A stretch of 63,186 nt of DNA, the filler included, from Saprolegnia diclina VS20 (lineage: Eukaryota): assembly GCF_000281045.1 (NCBI RefSeq). It is 6 parts of 3 records of this genome, joined end to end, with 100 filler letters (N's around TTAATTAATTAA, not from the genome) between each part and the next. Parts side by side here need not be neighbours in the genome. Positions count along the whole stretch, not along the records: positions 1 to 22,450 come from NW_008246132.1; 5 more parts are not named here. One strand, written 5' to 3'. A program made the position numbers and the translations under genes. Numbering within the stretch: position 1 is the first letter of the stretch; every line of letters starts with the position of its first letter. The notes under the pieces were generated by a model. The model worked only from the letters and a program-made list of their open reading frames with translations, made no database searches and was not told where the DNA came from. This document shows, piece after piece, positions 1 through 13,190 of the stretch.

Positions 1-1568
1 CTAGTACTACATGCGCGCGCCGAGGACGGCGAGAAGCGAGCTACTAAAGCCAGGCGCTCGAGAAGACGACGAGCATGGAACCCTTGGAATTCGAAGCCCC
101 TTGACGCGAAGGATCGCTATGCGCGTGCGCCGGCAATAGCTGGCGGCACCAAGGCTCGATTTTCATGTAGGACGGCAACTCGCCTGTTGACGTGCTGTCA
201 GTTCTTATGTTGTGTCCTTCCTAGAACGACCAACCTGTCTATTTGTGCGATCGGTAGGTCGAGTTCGACAGCGCCAAAGTAACTTGCTTGTGCAGTGCCT
301 GCTCCGCGATTCCCGCCGGCGCGCGCAAGACGCCCAGGCGCCCGTGGCCAATGTGCCGCCGACAGGTCCGCTAGAAGGCGGCGCAACGCTCCTAACCTAG
401 AGTAGTAGCGCATACAACATCCATTCATCATATATCCCCTTCGTTTGGTTTGCCTGTGTGCCGCGCACAAATAAATCCGAAACTAGGCTTCTGTTCTGGC
501 GCAAAAAGAGCAAAACGCGCGTGTGGACTTGAACTCGCGACGTTCTGGAACCTTCTTCTGCGATGCCTGACCAAGCCCACTACGCTACTCTCATCCTCCT
601 CGCAGAGACTACTTTTTGTCACAACTCAAAGACCTCAGCTCGCAATTATACCCAATCACGTATCGGGCTCGCAAAAAATCGATCCATTTCGGCCAATCAT
701 ATTGCCCGATTCTCGGGACAAACGCCGCGTGCGCAAAAAAACTTATAGCGTAAAATCTGCTATAAGAAACCTTATAGCGTAAAATCTGCTCCTTGGGTGC
801 GGGCGTGTTAAGCGCGCTAAGGCACCAGGTGCCCTTGGAATGGCGTCACCCAAATCCAGCCAGGCAGCGACCATGTTGCAGAGATCCTATATCAGCGCCG
901 CATCACCGACCGAGTACGTTAGTATGGGTAAAGGTACAATGGCTTCTAATGTCACTGCTGCAATGTCGGTTGAAGTGTTCATACCTGAGCTGCATCCCAC
1001 CGAACGATCACACCCTGCGGTGCAGACTGTACAGACGGCTCTGTCATTGGCGCATAATCATTTGCATTTCAGCGAATCACCATGCAGGATTGAAACCTTT
1101 CATATTGTATATCGATTGCCACAGGTTTTCGCTTTTGGCAGCGAAATGGCCGGACAATATCCAGGGCACTACAACCGGGGAAGTGAAGTCGCCTCGTCCA
1201 TGTACAGACTCCTTGTATTTGGATCCTACGTGCTTGGGTGTGTTGCTAGCGCGCATGCTGCCCGCGCCATTGACACCGCTTCGCTTCGCGCGCGATCTTT
1301 TATTCTGCGTGCGAATAGCCATCTTTGAAACTTGACGGTCGAGGTATGATCGTACATCTTGCAATCTGTATCAAACCACGGTGCGTGCGTTTAGCCATTC
1401 ACGCCCGTTCTAAATTAAAATTGGCGCGAGACCACAATGGCCAATCGCATCGCGGTCGCTCGCCATTAAATGTTTTTCCATGACAGTAAGCTTGGTGTTT
1501 GTATGCCGAATAAAATATCGTAAAAAAGTACTCCTATTTTGTACGTTGAGCAAAGTTCCAACGGCCCG

Positions 1569-4500
1569 ATGGCGACGAAGGCGAGGAAACTCCATGCGAC
1601 GGACGACCCGCGCCGGGCCGCCATGCGCATGACGGCCGACGAAGATGAGCTCGTGAACCCTTCCGAGGACGAGTACGAGGACGAGGGCGATGAGAACGAG
1701 GACGGGAACAGCGCGGTCGCGATAAGCCCGAGCCCGAGCCCAGCCGAGCCGGCAACCGCCTCCGAGATGGGCATCATCGAGGAGATCTACTGCGAGAACT
1801 TCATGTGCCATCGCCGTATGTGCATCCGTCTCTGCCGCAACATCAACTTCATCACGGGCGAGAACGGCAGCGGGAAGAGTGCGATCATTGCCGCGCTGCA
1901 GATCTGCCTCGGTGCGTCGGCCCGCGCGACCCATCGCGGCAAGAGCATCAAGAACCTCATCCGCAACGGCCACGATGGCAATGCAATCGTGCGCATCACA
2001 CTCCTCAACGACGGTAGACACATGGACGTAGGATATTGGCCTCAAAGGCTGCTCTTGACTAGCCCAAGGCACGGACGCGTTCCGCCCCGAGTCGTTTGGG
2101 AAGCGCATCATGGTCGAGCGCCTCATCCGTCGCGATGGCACGGCCGAGTACCGCCTCAAGAACGAGCATGGCAAGGTCGTCTCGAAGCTCAAGGCGGACC
2201 TCGACGCGATGCTCGACCATCTCAACATCCAGGTAGACAGATGCGCATGTACATGACCTTATTCGACTGGCCGTAGATTGAAAACCCCTGCGCCGTGCTT
2301 GACCAAGAGAATGCCAAGCTCTTCCTCAAAGGCGACCCGACCGACAAGTACAAGGTACGTTGTATCCCATGGTGCAGCCTCGAGCAATCATCGGATGCAA
2401 TTAGTTCTTCTTGCAATCGACGGATCTCTACAAGATGCGCGCCACGTTTGCGAAAGTCGAAGACGAAACGCGCCTGCGGCAGGAATCGACGCTTGTCCAG
2501 GAAGAGCGCAAGCTCAAGACGCTCCTCAAGGCCAAGGAGGAGGCCGAGCGCCTCTACGAAGAAGCCAAGAGTGTACGCAATGAATGGTCTCTCGCACGTC
2601 CATGTGCTCATTCTTATCACGATAGATTGGCCACTTGAAGGAGGAGCTCGTCGGCCTCAAGCAGTCGCTGGCCTGGTCCTTTGTCAACGCCCAGGAACTC
2701 TCGCTCCAAGACGTCCAAGCACAGGTATCCCTCCTTTGATTACATGATCGGGATGCGTATCTTAGTCTTAGCTCGACCAAGTCATGCACTTGCAGCAAGT
2801 CGCTGCCGAGAAGGTGCTGCGACGACAACAAGTGGTCGACGCGCGCTCGGCCGAGCAGTCGGCAAAGAACAACGCGCTCCAGGAGGTCGATGCGCAGAAG
2901 GAAGTCTTTCAGCGCCAACAACAAGCGCTCCAGCAAGAGATCCGCGAGCTGCGGCTGCCCGTCCAGAAGAAGCATGCGGGTAGAGATCTCGTTCTCGATG
3001 CATCGAGGCTGAATCGATAACGATGTGTAGCCAAGAACGCGATGGAGCACCAGATTCGACAGGCGCAAGCACGCTTGAAGCGCATCGAGCACGAGAAGGA
3101 GCAGCGCCGTGCCAAGTACCAACTGTACCTCCGGTCACTTGAGAAGCAGCAAGCGCAGCAAGCCGAAGGCATCCAGCGCGCCCAGGAACACCTTCATCGT
3201 GTGCAAGCCAAGAAGCGGGAGATCGAGGTGCATTCACTCACATATATATGGTACAATTCGGCGGTGATCTCATATATCCTCATGGTCTAGTCCAAGCCGA
3301 TGGAAGAATTTGCAGCCGAGCTTGACGACGTCGAAGGCCAGTACGTGGCGTGCAGCCAGCAAAAGCGCGAGGCGAGCGGCGAGGTTGAGCGTCTGACCTC
3401 GCGCCTACGCGCGCTCGAGTCGCAGAGTCAAAACAAGTAGGTTTTCCATGAGCTCGAACGTGCCGACGAAGACTGATGGCATAGGCTGGTCGCGTTTGGC
3501 AACCAGATTCCCAGACTCCAGCAAGCGATCCAAGACAATCTGCACAAGTTCTCGGCGCCGCCGATTGGGCCGCTTGGCATGTACTTTAGCCTCAAGCCCG
3601 AGCATCAGCAATATGTAGGACGTCCCTTCTCTCGCCGGTCGATGACCAACTTTGATTCATAGGCGGTTGCAGCCGAGGTCGTGCTCAAGAACGTGATTGG
3701 CAGCTATCTTCTCGCGAACGGCCGGGACAAGAACGTCTTGGACAATCTCAAGCGGCAGATGAACGTTCCGCCGAGCCAAGCGAATATTTTGATCGCCAAG
3801 CGCACCGGCCGGCGGTACGACAATGTGCACGTTCCCCGTGGCCCTCTGGGCGATCATGCAGTGATCTCACTCTTGGACATTGACAACCCGGACGTGTATA
3901 ATGTGCTCGTGGATGTGGCCAAGATCGAGTCCAAGTACGTGTACCCGACGCGCAAAGAGGCAGAAGACGCGACGATGGAGGGGCCGTCCGGGCGACAGCG
4001 CTTTGTGCAGGGCGTCTCGGAGGTCTACATGCCCAGTGGCGACAAGCTTCTCGTGCGCAACGGCAACGTGGCTTACATTGCTAACAAGGGGCAACGTCAC
4101 GCACGTATCTTGTCGCAAGACAATGCGGGCGAGATCAACGACATCAACCACCGTCTCGAGCGCCAGAAGCACGAGCTCCAAGCCCTCTCGCGCGACGAGC
4201 GTACACATGCATCCATCATCTGACGAAATGAGGCTCATCGATTGATAGACAACCTCCGCGGCAAGCGCGAGCACTTGCGCAAGCAGATGCAGCAACACAC
4301 GGTGAGCTTGGACGCGGCCAGCCGTGAGCTCAACCGCGCCGAGAACGACCTCCACGCGCTGCAGCGACAGACGCAGGACCCAAGCGAGGTCTGTCATTGT
4401 CGTCAAACAAGTTTTCGAAATGCTGATGGGCACCTTGTGCGTAGAGCAACCTTGGTGATACTACGGTGCTCGAAGAAGAACAAGCCGAGCTCGAGACGGA

Positions 4501-5752
4501 GATCCAGCAGACGATCACGCAACTGCAACGTCTAGAGAGCGAGCTCACAACATCAAACCCCGAGCTCCAGCAGAAGGAAGACGACCTTGCACGGGTTCAA
4601 AAGGACGCCCGTGGGCTCGACGCGCAGCTTCAAGAGCTCCAGAACGACGTGACGGCGGCGATGGCAACCTTTTCAAGCGCGACGGCCAAGCTTCTCCGGT
4701 CGAAACACGATCAAAAAGAGGTGGCCAAGCAAGTGGCAGCTCGATCGGCCGAAGTCGCCGAGCAAGAAGAGCTCGTGTCGACGACGATGGCGAAAGCCAA
4801 AGCGTTTTGTCCCCGAGTGGAAAACTGCACCGAGCCACCCGCGTTTTACAGCCAGCAGATCAAGGACGTGCAGGTGCACTTGTCGGTCCGTCTATATGGT
4901 GCCTTATCGTACATGACGTAGACACGCATGGAGCGCGAGAAGCGCAAGTTTGACAACATGGACCTCGACGAGCTCCACTTGGACAAGGAGGAGAAGACGA
5001 TGAAGTATTTCAAGAAGAACATCGAGTTTACTCAGGTACGGCCATCGCGATGGAATGCATCACTCAGGAATGCCTAGTTTGAAGAAAACGTCAACACGGT
5101 CGCGACGATGCTGGCAGCGCGAAAGCGCAAGTGGGAGAACCTCCGCATTGAGATTGCCAATCGCACGTCCATTGGCTTCAACAAGTTTATGCAAGCCAAG
5201 AACTTTGCCGGGAAGCTCAAATTTCTGCACGACGAGCAGCGGTACGACTTGAGTTTGGACGATGCAAGACCTCTCATGACGCGTTTGCTGGTAGGCTCGA
5301 CATCAACATCATGGCCAACGAAGCTGGCAAGACCAAGCAGTCGATGGTCAGCGACATGAAGCAGCTCTCGGGCGGCGAGCGGAGTTATACCCAAGTCGCG
5401 CTGCTCATGGCCCTCGGTAATCGAATTGTCTATCTACAGAAAAGGCTCATGATGCGGTGCAGGCGAGTGCATCGAGTCGCCGTTTCGTGTCATGGACGAG
5501 TTCGACGTGTTTATGGACAGTATCAACCGCACACACACCCTCCAGCTGCTCGTCGAGACGTCCAAGCAGGCCTCGCGCAAGCAATTTATCTTTGTGACCC
5601 CCAACGATCTCAGGTAGTACCTCCATCGTCCATCACCGTCAGCCTCTCATTCTTGCCCTAGCTCGGTCAAGGAAGATGCGATGGTCAAGATCCAAAAGCT
5701 CAACCCGCCACGCGACCGACTCGACGGACCGATGGCGAGCCAAACCTCCTAG
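1569..5752 (+). CDS. SMC6: Structural maintenance of chromosomes protein 6 (SMC5/6 complex), ~16 short introns
   Basis: N-terminal 'IYCENFMCH...NFITGENGSGKSAI...LGASARATHRG' (Walker A), long coiled-coil exons and a hinge ('PIGPLG'). C-terminal 'LSGGERSY' signature and 'MDEFDVFMD' Walker B typical of SMC6. Fragmented ORFs join through ~42-63 nt GT..AG introns; TAG at 5750-5752. Confidence 0.93.
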
Positions 5753-5873
5753 TTGCTAGCCCTGTACTCGCGCGTCCGAGTCTCTTGATTTAAACACTTG
5801 CGTCCCTCTCCTCGTAGCCACATGACAACAGACTCGCAGTCTTGTGAAGAATACCTTGCCTTTCTCATACAGT

Positions 5874-7319
5874 CTACGCATCGGCGGCCTTGGTCGTTGG
5901 CTTCTTCTTCTTCTGCTTCTTCTTCTTCTGCTTCTTTGTCGCTTGGCCCGCGGTCGGGGCCGTCACTGCGTCGACCGGCCGCTTGCGCGACGGCGCTTCC
6001 GGTGCCAGCTCCTCGGGCCGCCGCTCAAAGCAGCTCACAAAGAAGCCGTGGGTAAGTTGTGCGTGGGACGCCCGCACGCAGCGCTTGGTCACGCGGGGCG
6101 CAAGCGCGTCGCTCTCGACACCGCGCTCGGGCCAAGCTGGCAGCACCGACACGAGAGCCCACTTGGCGCCGTGGGCCTTGAGGAGGCGGGCGACGACGCC
6201 TTCGTTCTCAACGTGGTGGACCGAGCACGTGGAGTAGACGACCGTTTGCATCTTGGGGAGCGCCATGGCCTGCTGGACGATCGCAAATTGGTGGTCGGCA
6301 AACGCAGCGAGTTCGTCGGCCGAGTGCTCGGGCACCGGCTCGCCGACGGCGACGTTGCCCGAGCCCGAGCACGACGGGTCGCAGATCGCCAGCGTCGCGT
6401 CGGCCCACGGTCCTTGCGCCATGTTGGTCTCCAGGAAATCGGCCTCGACGACCGTAATGCGGTCGTTGGCGCCGGCCTTGGCGACCGTGTTGCGGAGCGA
6501 CGTGGCGCGCGCCGGCGCCCGCTCAAACGCCACGACCGACGACGACGTCGGGTGCGCGAGTGCGAGGCGCGCAGCGAGCTGCGTCGTCTTGTTGCCCGGC
6601 GCGGCGCACGCGTCGACAGCGATGTGGTGGCGGCCAATGTCGGGGATCGCTGCCACTGGAAGGCAACTCGCAAGGTCCTGAACAAAGACCGCGCCCGACT
6701 TGACGAGCGCGTGGCCGTGGAGGTTGGTGCCCGGCGGCAGCACCAGCAGCTCGGGCACCGTCTCGTGCACGTGCGGCTTCAAGCCGGCCTTGGTCAGGCC
6801 CGCGATTGCTTTGGCGACCGTCGTCTTGAGCGTGTTGACGCGAATGTAGCGGGGAAAGGCCATGTCGTTGGACGCGCTCTTGGCTTTGCCAGCGATGGCG
6901 GCCGCTGTTTTCGGGTGCGTCGTCGCATTTGCTTCGAAAAACGAGCGCAGCGCGGCCTCGGCGTCGCGCACCAAAGCGACGCTGCCGGCGTGGGCGCCCT
7001 TGAGTTTTCGGCGCGGCCCAACGAGGAGCTCGTAGGCCAAGACGATGACGAGGCTCTCGGGAAAGAAGGCGGGCAGCGCCTTGAAGCGGTGCGCGTCGAC
7101 GCGCTCGGTGGCGTCAATGGCTTGGACGGCGGCGAGGAGCCCGACCGTGGTCGCGCCGGCCACGAGCGCGTCCGCGTGCTTGAGACTCTCCTGCGCCAGC
7201 GCCTGGATCGTCGGCCGCAGGCCATGCGAGATGGGCAGCGCGTACAGCGCCGTGCGGATCCCGCTGTGCTTGGTCCGGACCTTGTCGACGACGGCCGCGG
7301 CCGCGTTGTAGACGTTCAT
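5874..7319 (-). CDS. NSUN5: RsmB/NOP2-family RNA m5C methyltransferase, NSUN5/Rcm1-like; intronless
   Basis: Motifs 'PRYIRVNTLK', 'DACAAPGNKT', 'DPSCSGSG' and 'VYSTCSVHHVENEGVV', with a Lys-rich tail. Probable start MNVYNAAAAV at 7319. Confidence 0.88.
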   Translation of the reverse strand: MNVYNAAAAVVDKVRTKHSGIRTALYALPISHGLRPTIQALAQESLKHADALVAGATTVGLLAAVQAIDATERVDAHRFKALPAFFPESLVIVLAYELLVGPRRKLKGAHAGSVALVRDAEAALRSFFEANATTHPKTAAAIAGKAKSASNDMAFPRYIRVNTLKTTVAKAIAGLTKAGLKPHVHETVPELLVLPPGTNLHGHALVKSGAVFVQDLASCLPVAAIPDIGRHHIAVDACAAPGNKTTQLAARLALAHPTSSSVVAFERAPARATSLRNTVAKAGANDRITVVEADFLETNMAQGPWADATLAICDPSCSGSGNVAVGEPVPEHSADELAAFADHQFAIVQQAMALPKMQTVVYSTCSVHHVENEGVVARLLKAHGAKWALVSVLPAWPERGVESDALAPRVTKRCVRASHAQLTHGFFVSCFERRPEELAPEAPSRKRPVDAVTAPTAGQATKKQKKKKQKKKKPTTKAADA

Positions 7320-8466
7320 ATTAGTGCAATATGGCGATGCATTGGTCCGTGTTAAAAGCGGCATAGAATGCCGAATCCTACGACGCGGCAGTCTCGGGTG
7401 CTGGCTTCCTAGCGAGCGAACTGGTCGTGCGAGAGGGCGTTGCACAGCGGTTGCACATACTTGTCTTCCTTGCGTCGAGCGCTCCACGAATATATGGTAC
7501 AGGTCGTTTGCAGTGCCCTGTCGACGCGAGCGGGCAGGGTCTTATTTGTGGCATATGCCGAATACTATTTGAAACCGGAGTAACTGGCCTCTTCTGTAGT
7601 CGACACTGAAACGCTTGTACTAACAAGGTCCTACCTGCAGGGTCTTATGACGACACTCGTGCGACAGAGTATACCTCATGATACATGCAAGGGTAGGTTT
7701 TGGCGGCGTTGGGAGGGCGACCGTCGGACCTTCGGTCAGTCAGGATTGCCATCAAAATGGCGTCATTGGTGCGCGACAGCAGTGGGATCGCTGGTCACGT
7801 CACATTGCGCGAAAAGCATTTGCCCGTTTCTGCGCCGCGTCTACAGATCTGTCTACACAGTGGTCCAAGCTCAAAGTGCTTTCTTCTTCTTCCTATAGTG
7901 GCCAAACTACCGCAGAGAGCAACACACGTACCAGAGCTGGTGGCGCTCGATGCATCGCAAAGCGCGTTGGGGAAATGACGGGCCGGCACCAGATATTACA
8001 TGTTGTCCAGCGCGCCACAGCAACACTCCGTTGAACTAAGATCTGAGACGACGCAGAATCCTCTTGTGCGAGACACTCGGCTCATCGCACAGAGCTGGGC
8101 ATCTACCGCGCCTTTGTCGTCGTGCCAACGTGTCTCAAGGAACCCGAGTCCTCCTTCCATGACGTATCCCCTTCCAGTCAGCTTCTAAGTGCCCGAGATT
8201 CCTCCCAAGCGGTGGAGGTTCTCGATCATTCGCTTCATCCGCGCGAGATGATACTTGTAGGATTATGGTTGCTCACGGGTGGTTGCCGCAAGCGATTCCA
8301 AATCGTTGGAGGTGCGGTGGCGTTGTCTGCGTGGTTGTGGGCTCCAACGGCGTCATGCCGTGGGGTCGCATCGCGTCGTCACTTGACTGATCCGCGCTTG
8401 GTATCGATTCAAATCGAGTGCAGATCGATCGAGACCCCAGTCATATTACGTCTCTTGAGCTATGCT

Positions 8467-10661
8467 CTATGCGGCAGCCACGTACACGGCGTCACCGCGA
8501 CCAACGACGTCGAATGGGGACGTGGCCCAGAGCTGGACGCGGCTCTCGGGGCTCCAGCACACAATGTCGTCGTCCATCGGTGCAACCAGCCGGTGGATCG
8601 CGGCGCGGACGACAAGGCTCTTGTCGCGGCATGTCAGATGCAAAACGACACGTGAACCTTCGTGCCGCAGCAGGTCGTAGCCAAAGTACTCGACGACGAC
8701 CTCGCCGCGCGACGGCTCGAACGCGACATAGTCTCCATCTACCAAGATCGATACATCAAGAATGTCACTGGACCGCGGAAGAGTGTACTCAAGACATGGC
8801 CGTGCCCGGCCATCGTCGACTCGCCGTTGGGAAAGACGCGCAGAATGCGCGGGGATCCGTCGAGCACCAGTCGGCTCGGGCGACTCGCGTAGACGCCCCA
8901 GTGCGACTGCACCTAAGCCGCTCTGCTAACACCAAATGCAATACACATTGCCACGTACCCAGAGCGAGCCGTTAGTATGCGCGAGGCGACACCGATAAAG
9001 CCATGTCGTCCACCGCACGGCGTCCAGGACAGAGCATTCCGGTAGCTCGAGGCGACTGCAGCTCGGATCAAAGATCCAGTCGCCACACAGTGGCGAGATG
9101 CGCGCTCTTGGCCACGCGACAGGGCCCGACGTCGAGCTCTAACAAGCCCATCAGAAAGGCCGGGCGAGTTCAATTGAATCGCTAGTACAAGAAACACTTC
9201 GCGAAAATGCGCTACAAACGAATGGTACCCAAAGTACCCCTCGGTCGCGACCTGGGCCTGCAACGCGTCTTCGAGGTCCGGGGTTGCGACGGCTTTGGCA
9301 ATGACGCCGACTGTCGTGCCCCGCGCTTCGAAAAACACCTCGGAGACCGCGTGGAGCACATGGACGCAGGCATTGTACGCGGTCATGAGCCGCGCCTTGT
9401 CAAAGAGGCAGTTGCTGTTGGCGGTAATCACCCGCTCGTACATGGTGGCGTGTTGCACGAGGTGCACAAGCCACGGCACGAGCATCGCGCGCACTGCGCT
9501 TGGCGGCTCGCCCTACGATTTTTGCTTCCACTCTATTCCACTTGACACATTGATACTACCGCGACGCGCCAAAACGGCAGCGGGGTCGGCGTTGCGCGTC
9601 GGGTTGCGGCCACCGCCTCGATTAAGTCGGCTTGCCATGGCCCTTGGGACACGGGCAGCTGGCATACGCAGAGTAAGAGGAGCCCGAGCCGGTTGGCCAT
9701 GAGCTGGGTCTGGGGCGGTACGTGGCGCGGTGACGACGGCGGCGCCATGCCACTCGGTTGCAAGTTGAACGTGTGGACGGAGAGCACGGGCGATGCCGAC
9801 TGATGCGCTGAAGCATTCTCGTTGGACTCGGACGCGTTGGCGTAGTGGAGGCTGCGGTACGACACAAAGGTAAAGCCAGGGGAGAAGACCGAGTCGACGA
9901 GCCGCCAGTGCACGCTGTTGCTCGATCGCTCGACCGCAAAGACAAACACCTACTCGAGGCGTCCTTTAAAGTTGTAGCCACGCATGATGGGCACCTTGAC
10001 GTGGTGGAGACAGTCGCGCACGACCTGGCTCCGGCCGCTCTTCCAGCCGTACGCCCAGCCGTCGACAAGGTCGTTGTTGAAGCTCGTCGTCAACACCGTG
10101 CTCTAAGAAATCCCGTGAGCGTACTACGTAATACATCACGAACCGACTTCGCCGCTTGATTGAAGCTCGTTGCGCCCGACGTGCCACGCGGTGCCGTGCT
10201 CGTCGGTGCGCGCCTTGAGGTCGGCGGGCGTCACTGGCGCAATGACGTCGCCGATTGCCCAGTCGTCGTCGTACGCCGGCGCGATCTTGAGCAGCGCGAC
10301 ATAGTCCTCGAGCGACGCCGCCTTGGACGAGCTGGGCGGAAGCGTCGTCTTGACTTCGATGGGCGCGCCGCAGTACCGGTAGTACACGTGGCTCGGGCAG
10401 CAGTGAGGAAAGCACCTACATGACATGGTATTCCGTCGCGGCGACCGCGGTGAGCAGTGTACCGAAGCACCTACGCGCCAGAGGAACGAGGTGAGCGCCA
10501 TTCGCCTTTGCGGATTGGTTTGTACCTTGACCTTCTGCGCCTTCTGGTACCTACGCAGCACTTAGGGTCAAGGACGCGGAGACGCCCCATGCGTACCGAG
10601 TGTACTTGGGGAGGAAGACGCTGTCGTGGCCGCAGTGCTTGACAACAAAGGTGCTTGGCAT
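8467..10661 (-). CDS. Uncharacterised oomycete 'LRCFPHCCP' family protein, multi-exon
   Basis: Hand splicing gives MPSTFVVKHCGHDSVFLPKYTR|YQKAQKVK|VLR|CFPHCCPSH...GWAYGWKSGRS...HHVK|VFVFAV...SPGFTFVSYR...FVAHFREVFL...RVFPNGESTM...DGDYVAF...VYVAAA*. The first seven junctions are canonical GT-AG; internal 3' exons are less certain. Confidence 0.75.
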
Positions 10662-13190
10662 GCTGGCAACGCAAATTTTAAAAAAAATGGGAAATTTGTA
10701 TTTTTACGGGAGGCCGAGATTGCCGTTGACGGCTTTGGTGGCAGTCACTTTTGACTCATCCGTTACCTCATTTTCAAACTGATAGTTGGTGTTGGAATGA
10801 GGCGATGGGAATATTATTTCCTACAGGTTTCTCAATGTTGTCTTCACGGTCGCGTTGAGAGCGGGGTGTCTTTGGCGATTCGCGTGTATTTTTGGTGATT
10901 TGTTGTGGCAGGTCTTCGTGGCCAAGTGAGTTCCGACGCCGTCTTGCCAATCCCAAACGATAGTCCCAGTAGAAAGAGCAAACTGGAAACTTGACGACGT
11001 GCTGCACAGCCACTGTGCTAAGCCAACTAGTCCGAGTACAGCGCTCTGACCAAGGAGAGCACGAGGGGAATGCTTGCACCGATAAGAACTTGGTGGCGCA
11101 TTTCTACGCCATTCACCTCACGTCATACATCTTTTTAGTGCAGCAGCCACAGCTCCTGTGCATTATTGCTGAACGCAGGGAGCGCCACGGTGGCGGCCCG
11201 AGAAGCGTCGATACCAGGTGTTTCGGCCGTCGTGTGTTATGTCGTGTTGGCCGCTGGGCGGTCTCTTCACGTCATGCCCGACGCCACTTGAGCACTTGGA
11301 GCTGCGTTCGAGTGGTATCGACAGAGCACAGTGGCAAGCCGTAGGGAGACAGATCGGCCGCCAAGCGCAGTAAGTGTTGCCAGCAAATCTTGAACATCAG
11401 CACACCATCTTCGAACTTCGAAGCCGCGGAGCCGTTCCGTGAGTCCGTGACGAGATCTTATCTGGTGACGAGATCTTTCGAGTGGTAGACCATACCGGGT
11501 AGTGCACGTATTCTGGTACGATTGGACCAACGGGACGCGTCGTGTCCGTTGTACCGAGAGCTGCCGCAGCAAGGTAAAGACCTAGTGCCCCTCGATTTGT
11601 GGTATGGTAAGAGTCGGCCCGCCGTGATGTCGTGATTCGGATTTGTGATCCCAGACTTATCAAGCGGCCTGTGGTCATGGAGAAGCATCTTCGAACTTCG
11701 ATAGTAATCTGCTGAACGTTTTCGGTGCTGTGATTCATTCGAGCGCAAAGTAAGCGATCAGTCTGAAGCGTGGTGAAGTCCAGCGCGTCTTCCCTTGTTG
11801 TTCATTATAATCGGCGGGTCGTATACTAAGAAGGATAGAATAAGTACTAATCGGAGGCTCACAGCCAATCCTTGCCGCAAGTCCAGTCGTTTCGTCGTCC
11901 CATATAATGATGAGTCCAGCGGTTTCACCTCTTGACGAGAATAATTCGAATCTCGCGTAACGATTTTGAAATGTGAGGAATCCGGGCATCCAGAGGCGCC
12001 ACAAACTTCTGACTCTGGCTTGCAGACACACCGGTGGCTGACCATCCTTCGATTAATGGCATCAAGAGGCTCGACCATTGCAAGTGAAACGCTGAGAGGG
12101 CGACCGAGACACGCAACCCTATGCCCGTTTTATCGGTTTCGTGCAATCTCGGGAGTTTGCGGTCGCCCTTGCGCCGTGCCGGAAGTCGTAGTCCCGACCA
12201 TGTCTTGGACGTGCGGCCACAAAGTGTGCTCAATGTCAAGTCGAGGCGTCGGCTCAACTCGTGTGCGGACTCTCAAGCGCCAAAGTCTGTCGCGGCCAAG
12301 GCTTGTTGCTGCGTCACTCGGACATTGATGACGATGTCCACACGCTTGAAATGGCTCGATCGATCGAGCGATGGCCTGACAGAAACACTGCTCGATAGGG
12401 ATCGCTCAGTGACCACTACGCTGCAGTGCTGCTAGCGGTGAAACACAAACGTATCAGTTTCTCAACCAACGAATTGTGATGCGACTCTGTAGAATTTCAA
12501 CAACGGGACCACTGGACGGGGTAGAACAGGCCATGACGCGGCGCCGCTCCCAGCGGTCTCCAGCAAATTGAATACGAGATCCAGAGTAGCGCTCGTAGAC
12601 GCCAACGGTACCCTTTCCTCGAGCCCACATAGTCATCACTTTGCGGTTCAGATAGGAATGCTGCACCACCGAGTACATCACTGTTCGTATGAGGACCTAG
12701 CACCACTCCCGACAGCGTCCAACAATTTTCAAACGAGATCGAGCTGCAGCAGCCGTCGACGCCTTGTCCTCGAACCAACATACTCGCGAGCCGTGCGTGA
12801 TGCAATCGAGATCCGCAGCAGTGACGGTAGAAGCCCACAGTCATTTTCCTCGTACCAGCATACTCGGTTCTCATCGACGTGCGAGCAACATTGATATGCT
12901 AGTTTGCCCGTATCCGCAGTGTCTCGCAGCCGCCGCACCAACGCCTACAAGCGTGGCTTTGCTATCGGGGAAGTTGTGCCGAGGATAACATTGGTACCCT
13001 TCGCCAGACCCACAATGGCGTTCAAAGGCTACTGCCGACACAAACTCGGAAGAGACCCATACCTGAATATGCTCGGCGAATAGGTCGAACGTGGACCCTC
13101 TCATCAAGCTCGCGTGGCCGTTTACTTCGGCTGAGCTTCTTACAGGGCTTCGGCGTCGACGCGGCTTCGATCGCCCCCTGGATCCATCCC

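Noticed and set aside
793..1335. Two overlapping 160-180 aa ORFs upstream of SMC6
   Set aside because: No recognisable motif and no coding-like codon bias.
5844..7355. Long antisense ORFs (503 aa here; also 27464-29008, 58787-60079, 53073-53825)
   Set aside because: Mirror frames of real GC3-biased genes, with no motifs of their own.
11406..11702. Short direct repeats (catcttcgaacttcga x2; gtgacgagatctt x2)
   Set aside because: Only two copies each, irregularly spaced; not CRISPR-like and no element boundaries found.
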